A DNA stretch of 64,000 nucleotides from Dehalococcoidia bacterium (GTDB taxonomy: Bacteria > Chloroflexota > Dehalococcoidia > Lucifugimonadales > UBA3495), in NCBI GenBank assembly GCA_965232895.1, contig OZ247430.1, positions 2,730,111 through 2,794,110 of the forward strand, in the 5' to 3' direction. Positions 36,679-45,711 of the stretch are shown here, one piece after another. A program made the translations under genes and the position numbers. Numbering within the stretch: the first letter of the stretch is position 1; each line of letters starts with the position of its first letter. The notes beneath the pieces are model-generated. The model saw only the letters and a list, made by a program, of their open reading frames with translations, was not told the origin of the DNA and ran no database searches.

Positions 36679-38199
36679 GTGGACACTCGCAACCAGCGCG
36701 GAAACGACACCCGGCGTGATGGCGGGCCCGGACCGGGCGGCGCCGGACTGCTCCTTGACCTCCAGGCAGTAATCGCACGCATCGAGGTTCGCGTCGAGCA
36801 GGCCACCGTCATGATGGACATTGCAGAGGGCCACATGGTGGCTCCGCCCAACCGGCTGGCGGTGCTGGCAGCATTGGGTTGCGCCAACGAATGCGACGCG
36901 GACATCTCCGAGCTGGTCGACTTCCTGCCTGTTGTACTCCCCAGGGAAGGCGCAGTAATGCCCGAGCCCCAGCGGCTCCGCATGGTGACCCGCCTCCTCT
37001 CCCGGCACGGCGAGATACGGGAGCGGCTGCGTCAGGCGATTGAGGGAGAGTGGAACGTCTTCGAAGAACCGAAGGACATCGCGGAATGGGAACAGGCCAT
37101 GGAATGGTACCAACACTGCTTTCGCTGCCGGGCCAACCTGCGGGCGGTGGAGCATTGCCGCGACCACATCGCGGGAGACGGGCATCACGACCAGATGGAG
37201 GTCGCCTACCTGGAGGCACTCATCGAGGCGGCAGACGACCTGGATCTGGAGTTGGACGAGTTCATCGGTCATCCGGGCCGTAACCTGGACCTGACCCCTC
37301 AGGAGGACCGCGACGAGACCTACGGCGTGGCGTGTCGGGCCCTTCTGGAAATGCAGGAGATCAGTGAGCGCGAGATCAGGGCGTACGACGCGCGGGTGCC
37401 GGTACGTTTCAGTCCCACAATCGAGAGGGTGCCAGAGTTGACTCGGCAGTTCACCGACACCCCCCTGGGACCCAACCAGTTCGCCCACGACTATTATTTC
37501 AACGGCGACGAGCGCGGCACGAGCTTGCCCGCGGATCTGGACCCACTTGCCTGCGTGGTGTTCAATCATCAGGGCGTCAAATACGCGAAGTCGGCGACGG
37601 AGCCGTATCCCAAGGGTTACCCGTTCACCCTGGCCCAGCGGCACATGAATTCCTTGCTGGATGACCTGGAGGAAGCCCGCGATCAGGGCGACTTGGCAGT
37701 TCCGGACGCGCTTTTCGCAGACGCCAGGACAATGGAATCGGCGGCCGAGTTGTTCCTGCACGACATCTGGCCCGACGACATTGACGGCCTGGTCGGGCTT
37801 GCCACCGGGTCGGGTGTGACGCGAGCCGAAGTACTGGAAATGCTGGACGTCCTCACCTTCCACGACGCAAAGGTGGGCCGGCTGCTGGCCGGCAACGCCA
37901 ATGTGGATCGTTCAATCGCCACGCCGGAACAGGCTGCGGCCATCATTGCGGCCGCCCGGCAGGCGGGATTAGAACCGGCAGCCCTGCGCCGGCTGGCGGA
38001 GAGCCTGGGCCACGAACCCCAGACATTGGATATCAACGTCCAACTGCCCGCGCCGGAGACCGCGAAACGGCTTGTCCAGGCGGCATTGGATGCGGGATTT
38101 CCCGACGACGCGGTGGCAAATCTGGCCCGAACCCTGGGTGCGGAATTCGAACCGCCGCCCGGGTCGTGGCTGCGTGCGGCAGGTCCCAGCTCCGATTAG
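36679..38199 (+). CDS. Hypothetical acidic protein (about 460-506 aa)
   Basis: The plus-strand ORF has a diverse, acidic composition. The competing minus ORF 36676-37863 looks like an antisense shadow. The start may be near 36812 (MMDIAEG). Confidence 0.45.
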   Translation: MDTRNQRGNDTRRDGGPGPGGAGLLLDLQAVIARIEVRVEQATVMMDIAEGHMVAPPNRLAVLAALGCANECDADISELVDFLPVVLPREGAVMPEPQRLRMVTRLLSRHGEIRERLRQAIEGEWNVFEEPKDIAEWEQAMEWYQHCFRCRANLRAVEHCRDHIAGDGHHDQMEVAYLEALIEAADDLDLELDEFIGHPGRNLDLTPQEDRDETYGVACRALLEMQEISEREIRAYDARVPVRFSPTIERVPELTRQFTDTPLGPNQFAHDYYFNGDERGTSLPADLDPLACVVFNHQGVKYAKSATEPYPKGYPFTLAQRHMNSLLDDLEEARDQGDLAVPDALFADARTMESAAELFLHDIWPDDIDGLVGLATGSGVTRAEVLEMLDVLTFHDAKVGRLLAGNANVDRSIATPEQAAAIIAAARQAGLEPAALRRLAESLGHEPQTLDINVQLPAPETAKRLVQAALDAGFPDDAVANLARTLGAEFEPPPGSWLRAAGPSSD

Positions 38200-38354
38200 G
38201 GCAGAGATTGACCATGCGGTGACCAGCAACGCAGACGGAATGACACTATCGGTAAGGATCTTACCAAGCGCTCGGCTATACTCCGGTACTAACGCCACCG
38301 ATCACTGCATATTCCGGACCGCAGGCAGATCCACATCGCATCGAGGCATCCAAT

Positions 38355-39506
38355 ATGAAAGGCAGGATACGACGACGCTCCAGCGGCCACTGGGAGCTCA
38401 CCGCGGACGCCGGCAAGGACGCCAATGGCAAACGACGGCGGCGGAGCGAGACTTTCAAGGGCTCCAAGCGGGAGGCTGACCGCCGGCTCCGGGAGTTCGT
38501 GGCGGAGGTGGAAGCGGGACTGGAACAGGAGCGAACCTCTTCGAGAAGACGCACCTGGACAGTGAGCGAGTGGCTGTACAAATGGCTGCACGAGTGGGTT
38601 GAGATACGGAGGAAACTCGCTACCTTTGAGCGTTACGAGGGCATCGCGCGCATACATCTCGTGCCGGTGATTGGCCATATCGAGTTGGCAAACCTGTCTC
38701 CCCTGGACATCAACGACGCGCTGAGACGGCAGGTGAAAAACGGCGAATACACCCGTACCGCCGAACTCGCTTACACCGTGCTGTCCCGCGCGCTGAAATA
38801 CGCCTGGGATCTGGAACAGATCGATGTGAACCCCATGGGCCGGGTTGCCATGCCCCGAGCGCCTCGCCGTCGGGTGGACCCGCCGGACGTGGAACAGGTG
38901 CAAAACCTGCTGCGGCTGGCCGAGGACGAGGACCACTACCTCTTCGTGTTCCTAAACCTGGACGCCCGCACCGGGATGCGGCGCGGGGAAATGATGGCCC
39001 TCCGGTGGGAGAACGTGAACCTGGAAGAGGGTTATCTCCTGGTCGTCGAATCCGCGGTGAAGTCCCACCGCGAGGGGGTGCGTTTGGAAACCCCCAAGAC
39101 CGAGCGGGGCGCGCGGCGAATTGATCTTGACGGGCGCATGGTCGAATTGCTGGCTGGGCACAAAGAGCGGCAGGAGGCCTGGGTGGATGAAGAGCCTTCA
39201 GGGTGTATCGACAAGGGGTTGGTGTTTCCCGGCGCCGACGGCGACTGGATGAAACCCCAGAACATGCTCCGGCACCTGAAGGAACTGGGAACGAGGGTAG
39301 GCATCCCGGACATCACGTTCCACAAGCTGAGGCATTTCCACGCGACCATCGCGTTGGATCAGGGGAATAACCCGGTGGTTGTGTCCAGGCGAATGGGACA
39401 CAGCAAGGTCAGCACCACGATTGATCTTTACGGCCACGTGCTGCCCGGATGGCAGAAGGATGTGGCCGAAAACGTCGCCAATGTCATTGATGGAGAGGAA
39501 GATTGA
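38355..39506 (+). CDS. Tyrosine integrase (phage-integrase family, with SAM-like N domain)
   Basis: RTGMRRGEMMALRW, HKLRHFHAT, MGHSKVSTTIDLYGHV. The N-terminus MKGRIRRRSSGHWELTADAGKDANGKRRRR is typical of phage/ICE integrases. Confidence 0.9.
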   Translation: MKGRIRRRSSGHWELTADAGKDANGKRRRRSETFKGSKREADRRLREFVAEVEAGLEQERTSSRRRTWTVSEWLYKWLHEWVEIRRKLATFERYEGIARIHLVPVIGHIELANLSPLDINDALRRQVKNGEYTRTAELAYTVLSRALKYAWDLEQIDVNPMGRVAMPRAPRRRVDPPDVEQVQNLLRLAEDEDHYLFVFLNLDARTGMRRGEMMALRWENVNLEEGYLLVVESAVKSHREGVRLETPKTERGARRIDLDGRMVELLAGHKERQEAWVDEEPSGCIDKGLVFPGADGDWMKPQNMLRHLKELGTRVGIPDITFHKLRHFHATIALDQGNNPVVVSRRMGHSKVSTTIDLYGHVLPGWQKDVAENVANVIDGEED

Positions 39507-39508
39507 TT

Positions 39509-39536
39509 GCCGCCATTTTGCCGCCATTTTGCCGCC
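39509..39536. repeat. 11-bp tandem repeat GCCGCCATTTT x2.5 immediately after the integrase stop
   Basis: Read directly. Function unknown; possibly an arm-type binding site. Confidence 0.85.
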
Positions 39537-39638
39537 CAACCGGTCATATTAGGTCGGATTTGAGCGTGTGATCACACCCACTCCAAGTAGAAAAACCGCC
39601 TGGAACATGCTAAAACATACCCCATCTTGGGCACTTTT

Positions 39639-39659
39639 GGAGTCCCTCCCTCGGCACCA
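39639..39659 (+). other. Possible tRNA 3'-end fragment (att remnant)
   Basis: GGAGTCCCTCCCTCGGCACCA resembles a T-loop/acceptor 3' strand plus CCA. No complementary 5' acceptor strand lies upstream, so it is not a complete tRNA. Confidence 0.3.
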
Positions 39660-39854
39660 ATTTTCAATCGTACCGACATTTGAGTTGAAATCGAGTATAA
39701 AAACGGCTGGGATCGCTCGCTGACCCGTCCCAATGTGGGACACACTCACAAGAGCCCACCTTATCAGGCAGGTCAGTACAGCAACAAACGCCGCGAAGCG
39801 CCGTGAAGCGCCGTGATTAACATGCAGCCCCGGTTGTAGGATTACGGCCCTTGG

Positions 39855-40735
39855 TTGGTCGCGGCGCGGATATTCTTAACATACACTGGGGAGACCCAGG
39901 CATCGAGCCGGGACGACAACAAGACCGAGAGCTATCATGGCTACAAGGTGAATTTCATCACCGATGCCAACTACGGGCTGCCGCTGTTCGCGGTCACCCG
40001 TCCGGCAAACGCCAGCGACGTCTCGGTAATGGCACAGGATCTCGATGATTGCCTAGCGTTGTATCCGACGTTGAAGCCGAATTACTTCCTGAGCGACAAG
40101 GGCTATGACAAGTTGGAAAACATCCAGCACGTGGTGAGCCTCGGCATCATACCCGTGATGGCCGTCCGGCGTCCCGAGAAGGACAAGAGAACCGGGAAAC
40201 GGCCGTATGACGGGACCTACGATGAGGAAGGACGGCCGACCTGCATCGGCAGCCAGTCCATGGAGTACGTCGAGACTGACCCGCAGGAGGGGCACCTGTT
40301 CCGGTGTCCCGCTGACGGCTGTCCCCTCAAGGAAACGGTCCAGTTCACACGTCACTGCGACCATGGGCACTACGAGAAGCCCGAGGGACGGCTGCTCTGG
40401 ATCGTTGGCCTACTGCCACGCTGCTCTGATGAATGGAAGGCCGAATATAAGAAGCAGCCCAGTGAGGAACGGTTTTTCAGCAGCGCCAAGCACAGCCGGC
40501 TGCTGGACACCCACCGTTACCTGAACGACCAAAAGGTGTCGTTGCATGGGGTGCTGTCGACCTGGCCTACTTGGCCACGGCCCTTGCCCACCTCAAAGCT
40601 GACGATTACGCCCACATGAGGCACATGAGAATCAATCTGCCGAAAGCGCGACGCAGGGAACCTGAACAGCCGCCGGCGAGGGCCTGCCGCGACCCTGGCT
40701 GCACCTGCTGTGGTCGATGGCGCGACGTTGCGTAA
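39855..40735 (+). pseudogene. IS4/IS5-type DDE transposase fragment (N-terminally truncated, frameshifted near 40556)
   Basis: YHGYKVNFITDANYGLPLFAVTRPANASDVSV...YFLSDKGYD...ERFFSSAKHSRLLDTHRY. The C-terminus continues in another frame (AVDLAYLATALAHLKADDY...). Confidence 0.6.
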
Positions 40736-41065
40736 TGCACAGCCGGTTAGTGCGTTGTTCAATTCGGCTTGTTCTGTGGGAATTTGAAACCGCGCTGAAT
40801 TGTTGAATTCTTGAATTTGCGTCCGATTACCACCCTGGCGTTCCGTTGCTGGTCAGATAACGCTATGGGCTTACGGCGTGGTTTACGGGTTCGGATAGGT
40901 GTCTGACATACAGCGGAGATACCCGCTTGTTTGACAGTGGGGAGGTCTGTCCATAGACTGCGCGGGCCAACAAAACGGCCCCGGTGAGTAAGACCGAGGC
41001 CGCGGCGATGGGGAATGGTGGTCCGCCATCGGGCTCAATGGTAGCCCTGCGCCTCCTGCGTGTCC

Positions 41066-41094
41066 AGTCCCGTCGTTCGCGGCGGGGCTTTTTT
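41066..41094 (+). terminator. Rho-independent terminator-like hairpin + T6
   Basis: ~10-bp stem (AGTCCCGTCG / CGGCGGGGCT, including G-U pairs), a TTCG loop, then TTTTTT. There is no annotated upstream CDS on this strand. Confidence 0.5.
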
Positions 41095-41169
41095 GTTGGT
41101 CAATACAGTCCCGCCTAGGGCGTAAACAGGCGCAGGGAGATGACGAAACGATGACCATGGGCGCATTTG

Positions 41170-42629
41170 CTAGGCTTTGCGCAATTCAAGCGGCGTAAGC
41201 GAGGGAATCCACCATTCGGTTGTAAAGAGCGGCGGGGAGTCCCTGCGTATCGGCGCTGACTGCGGACAGTGAAAAACCCTCTGACGCCAGCCACAGGTGG
41301 CGTCGCACCAGGGCGATGGCGTCCAACGAAGGTCGGCGACGGCTTGTCGTACCAGGCGGCGGTGCGCTGGGTGATGGGATGATGTTGCTGCAGGGCGTGG
41401 GCGGCCTAAGGTGGTCCAGGAGAAGAGGCCCAGCAGGATGGGCGTGGTGCGGGCGATGGCCAGATCGGACCACTGGCGCTGGGTTTCCATGCCCAGATGG
41501 GACCGCGCCTCCTGAAAAGTAACTTCCAGTTGCCAGCGCCGGACAAACCACTGGAGGATCCGGGTTGGGTCTGCCGACGGGTCGGCGCCGAGGAGGGCCT
41601 GGGGATCAAAGGCGCCCTGGGGATCGCGGATCAACACCCAGCGAATGGTCACTGGCGGCTTGCCGGGGCGGTACCGGACGGCGGTCTGGGAGGTGAGTTC
41701 CACGGTGCGGGTGGCGCCGTCGTACCAGGACACTGCGGTGACGGTCCATTCCACATGGTCCTGAACCAGGATGGTTTTCAGGGACGGTCGTCGCGGGCCT
41801 TTCAGGGCCGGCCGACCGTTTTGTCCTGGCTGCCGTGGGGGCGCTGGCGCATACCGGGCGGCGTCCAGCCGCAATCTGGCGATGAGGGACTCCGGCTCGC
41901 GCCGGGACTGGCAGCAGTGCAGCAGGTCCAGGACGGCGTAGCCGTTGTCGCCCACCAGCGCCAGAGGACGGTGGGGCAGCCAGCGGCGCAACTGCATGAT
42001 CATCTGCCGGGCCCAGTCGGTGACCTTTTTGTGCCGGCGTCCCTGCCGCTGGTAGTAGCGCGACGATGGCGCCAGCGCCGTGAGCGCCGGCAACGCCCAA
42101 TGGTGTCCCGCCCAGGGCGCCGGTCCCAGCCACATCAGGGATATCCAGCGTAGACCGCTGGACTTGACCAGTTGGTTGCGGCTGGAGCGCGCCGCGTCCC
42201 GGTAGATGCCTCGGGCCCTGATCTTGGCCCCGCGACGCCGCTCCAGAGTCTCGTCGATACCGCAGATCAACGGGCCGTCGCCGCGATCCAGGTGTTGGAG
42301 CAGCAGCAAGAGCAGGATACGAGCCGCCTCGCGGGACGACCACACCGCCCGATCGAGCGCCTCGTGGTAGCAGGCGAAGTCGTCCTGATCGCTGCGCTCC
42401 ATGACGCGCAGCGCGGCGGCCACGGTGCGTTGGCCTGTGGCCAGAATCGCGCCCACCATCAGGAGTTGAGCCTTCCGCCAGATCGGGTTGGTGAACAGCG
42501 TTGCGAAGGGAAGGAGAACGGCTACAATGGCAATGGGCAGGGTGAGCATTGTTGAGCCTTCCGTGAGAAGTGGGCCCAGGCCAGCTTACCCTGCCGTTAT
42601 ACTTTTTCTAAATTTTGAGTAAAGCCTAG
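41170..42629 (-). mobile_element. IS701/IS4-superfamily insertion sequence
   Basis: Ends CTAGGCTTT (41170-41178) and AAAGCCTAG (42621-42629) form inverted repeats. One long transposase gene lies inside. Confidence 0.7.
41186..42549 (-). pseudogene. IS701-like DDE transposase, frameshifted near its C-terminus
   Basis: ICGIDETLERRRG...ALVGDNGYAV...WQLEVTFQEARSHLGMETQRQWSD. The conserved tail (...SLDAIALVRRHLW...LYNRMVDSLAYAA*) lies in another frame and ends at 41186. Confidence 0.7.
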
Positions 42630-42774
42630 CCAAGGGGCCATCTGCTGTGGCCACGAATTGTACCCAACGTGTTATTTATCGTTTCCTTTTTCTCCTTATG
42701 TTTTGTATTCGAATCCAACCACCACCCGTTCCATGGAACGGGTGGTGGTTGGAGCTGTGCGGCGCGAGCTCTGG

Positions 42775-44237
42775 CTACGAGCTTGCTGCCAGTGCGGTTA
42801 GTTCGGTCACTACGAGGTCCCAGACGGGGCTGCTGTACCGGTTGGCCATCTCTTGCGCCTCAGCTGCGGTCATGGCTCTGCCGGCGACATCGGCTGCGGC
42901 CAGCTCGCCGAAGGCGACCAGCACTCGCTGCCGGCGGTTGACGTGGGTGTCTCCGTGCCACGTCTGTGCGGCTGGAGTTTTCACCTTCGTAACCACGTTG
43001 TGATGCGCAACGTAGCCGGCATCTACGATGCTGACCGCTACCCCGCGTTGGGTTCGAGCCGGTTTGTAGCCGTTTCCGTCGTTCAGCGTGACTGTGATGA
43101 TACCGTTCGGCTCGGGCTTCCTGTCTTTGATGGCGCCGATTTTCAGGGTGGCACTGCCCGTGTTGGTGATGGTTACTGTCCGCAGCCCCGTGGTCACTCC
43201 GAAGTATCCGTTCTCGCTGACCGTGAGGCTCACGTCCAGGTTGTCCATAGGCTTCGGGTTGGCCGTGATGTTGAAGACGCCGTTTTCTCCTTCGTGCACG
43301 CTATTGGCGGCGGTGATTGAGACTGCCGGCACGTCGTTATCGATAATTGACACCGTGCTGGCCCAGTTTTGGGACGGCACGGCGTATCCGTCTCTGGCGG
43401 ATACCGTGACGGTGACTGCTCCGTTTGTCTCGTTCACGTTGTCGTTGGTGGTGCTCACCGTGAAGGTGGCGCTGCCAGTGGTGGGTATGGTCACCGTTTG
43501 CTTCCCTGTGGACACGCCGTAGTCTCCTTTCTGCGTGACGAGGACGGTGACGTCCAGGTTAGCGGTGGGGGCCGGGTCGGCGGGGACGGTGAAACTGGCG
43601 TCTTCGTCCTCAGTGACGGCGTTGCCGGTGGTGATACTCACCTTGGAGTCCTTCGCCCTGACTTTGACTACGGCAACGTTTCGTCCGATCTTTACGCCGT
43701 GCTTCCGGTCGGTGATGGTCTTCGTGCGATGACTGCCACCGATCTCAATACGGATTGACCGTTCTCGGTTTTCCCGGTCGTCGTGGCCGATGAGCGTGAA
43801 GGTCGCGACTTGTCTGCCGGCAGTGAACATGACTTCGGAGTTGGTTCCCGAGGGGTGCGCCGGATGCCAGGGTCATTGTCTCCTTGGCGGAGTTGCATGT
43901 TCCAATGCGTGTCAAGGTCGCCGCCCGTGATGGTGACCGGCATTTCGATCATCTCTGGTCCCTTCAGTGGCCGGCTGAGTGAGACGGTGAACTTGACCTC
44001 TCCGTCATGTTCCCATACGGAGTTCCATTCCGAGTCGATGTTCACCGTGATGGGGCCATCCACGTGTGCGGGGCATTCGCGGCAGACTTGGTTGACTGCC
44101 GACCTGTATGGTGTTCGGGTGGGCTCACACCCTTTCGCTTGCTGACAATACGCTATGACAACGCCATGGGCCATGTCTTGTTTGGACTTCCCCTCCCGGG
44201 CTGCCAGGCTTGGGTTGGCGTGTGGAAGGGTTGCCAA
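42775..44237 (-). pseudogene. Calx-beta-like repeat protein, frame-broken near 43850
   Basis: Two ~95-aa repeats end ...TVSIIDND and ...AVSIVDAG. The motif EVMFTAGRQVATFTLIGHDDRENRERSIRIEI is Calx-beta-like. The upstream ORF 43692-44237 joins only via a frameshift. No signal peptide is evident. Confidence 0.55.
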
Positions 44238-44670
44238 TTTCGTTGGCGCGGGCAGATCGAAACGTGCGACGTGTTGGGTAGGCGTGGTGAACTACTGTGC
44301 GCTGCAGTGCTGGTTACCCAGCCGGCGCCTGCCGGCATCTTGGCGTTGCCGCATTCCGCAGACGCGCTGGGAGCATCCTTGGTGGGAGAGCCGCGGTTGC
44401 TGAGCCCCTTCGCGAGCATCGGGTTCTGCCGGGGGCCACGTGCCGCGGGCGGGCGTTTCGTGCACTGGCTCGCGTTGGTCTCGCCTTGCCCTCGTGGACA
44501 GCAAAAAGCCCCGCTCAACGGCGAGGCTGGGTCGCCCGGGATGGGCGGCAGCTCGATTGTCGGTTCAGGTCTCTTTGGTCCAACTGGAACCAGTGGATGG
44601 TCCTGCCCTGCGCGAGCAAAGGTCGCGAATGATGAGGTGTCCTATGGCGGCTCTTGCCGTCACCGTTTGG

Positions 44671-45711
44671 TCAGTACTTGAGAAAAGGCACGTCTGGGAC
44701 GCTTGGTCCCGGTTCGTCCTGGTCCTGGCCTACTGTGTAAGCCAAGGTGCGGATCCCGGTGGCGAGGTTGAATATCTCGGCCCGTTCGGCGGCTCTGCTG
44801 CGGTCGTGGTCTTGGACCGTGACGGAGATTTCTACGACGGTGCAGACCACTTCCCCGTCCGGGTTTTCGCAGCGGATGATGCTGTCCGCTTCTTCCAGTT
44901 CGTCGGCCTGTTGACGGGTGATCCTGCCCTCGCGGATTGCGGGAATCAGAAACTGTGCTTCGAACTCTGCCGGCGTCGCCTGTTTGCTGGCGTAGACGAG
45001 GGTGGCTTGCTCCATGCCCAGGGCCCGTCGGACCTGTCTGCGGGAACCTTCAATGGCACGGGTTTCGTAGTCGTTCCCGGTAAGGTTCGCGATCTGGCCG
45101 GACATGGTATTCATTTGTTGCTTGACGTCAACCATGTCATCCTTGAGCACGGCGACGTCATCCTTGAGCACGGCGACGTCATCCTTGAGCACGGCGACGT
45201 CATCCTTGAGCACGGCGACGTCATCCTTGAGCACGGCGACGTCATCCTTGAGCACGGCGACGTCATCCTTGAGCACGGCGACGTCATCCTTGAGCACGGC
45301 GACGTCATCCTTGAGCACGGCGACGTCATCCTTGAGCACGGCGACGTCATCCTTGAGCACGGCGACGTCATCCTTGAGCACGGCGACGTCATCCTTGAGC
45401 ACGGCGACGTCATCCTTGAGCACGGCGACGTCATCCTTGAGCACGGCGACGTCATCCTTGAGCACGGCGACGTCGCTTTCAAGATTGTCGAAGCGTTCGC
45501 CTACGGCTTGTTCGAACTGGGCGAAACGCAAGGGGAGCTGCAGCAGTTCCTCGGTGAGGATCTCCTTGCGGAGGTCCTGGCGGAGCTCGTCGTCTCTGCG
45601 GATGACGTCTACTACGTGTTTGTGAAATTCATGCTGCAGGTCCGGGTTCTGGTTCAAGGCTTCCAGGATGTCCTGCATGGTGGTGATGTTTTGCTGGCTC
45701 ATGGCATTCAC
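44671..45711 (-). CDS. Coiled-coil protein with expanded heptad array (VAVLKDD x ~16) and C-terminal nuclease-like domain
   Basis: N-terminus ...LLQLPLRFAQFEQAVGERFDNLE, then the heptad array. The C-terminus ...ADSIIRCENPDGEVVCTVVEISVTVQDHDRSRAAERAEIF has a D...E-I-S arrangement. The start may be ATG 45702. Confidence 0.75.
   Translation of the reverse strand: MNAMSQQNITTMQDILEALNQNPDLQHEFHKHVVDVIRRDDELRQDLRKEILTEELLQLPLRFAQFEQAVGERFDNLESDVAVLKDDVAVLKDDVAVLKDDVAVLKDDVAVLKDDVAVLKDDVAVLKDDVAVLKDDVAVLKDDVAVLKDDVAVLKDDVAVLKDDVAVLKDDVAVLKDDVAVLKDDVAVLKDDMVDVKQQMNTMSGQIANLTGNDYETRAIEGSRRQVRRALGMEQATLVYASKQATPAEFEAQFLIPAIREGRITRQQADELEEADSIIRCENPDGEVVCTVVEISVTVQDHDRSRAAERAEIFNLATGIRTLAYTVGQDQDEPGPSVPDVPFLKY
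45133..45483. repeat. 21-bp tandem repeat array: 15 perfect units GACGTCATCCTTGAGCACGGC (45154-45468) plus imperfect flanking units
   Basis: Counted directly: (45469-45154)/21 = 15 identical units. It lies inside the CDS and keeps the reading frame. Confidence 0.95.

Noticed and set aside
36676-37863. 395-aa minus-strand ORF
   Set aside because: It competes with the plus-strand ORF 36679-38199, which has a more natural acidic, diverse composition. The minus ORF is Val/Gly/His/Arg-rich and codon-aligned antisense.
39584-39659. Complete tRNA gene ending at the CCA at 39659
   Set aside because: The required 5' acceptor strand (complement of CTCGGCA) and a D-arm are absent upstream. Only the 3' ~21 nt are tRNA-like.
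40990-41065. Resemblance to a fluoride (crcB-motif) riboswitch: GGCGATGG...CGCCAT...stem...CCTCCTGC
   Set aside because: - The conserved AAAC linker and the second GAUG element are missing.
- The P1 loop is about twice the usual length.
- No convincing pseudoknot pairing could be drawn.
45133-45483. Could the 21-bp array be a CRISPR?
   Set aside because: The units are directly abutting with no spacers, the period is 21 bp, the array lies inside an ORF and preserves the frame, and there are no cas genes nearby.
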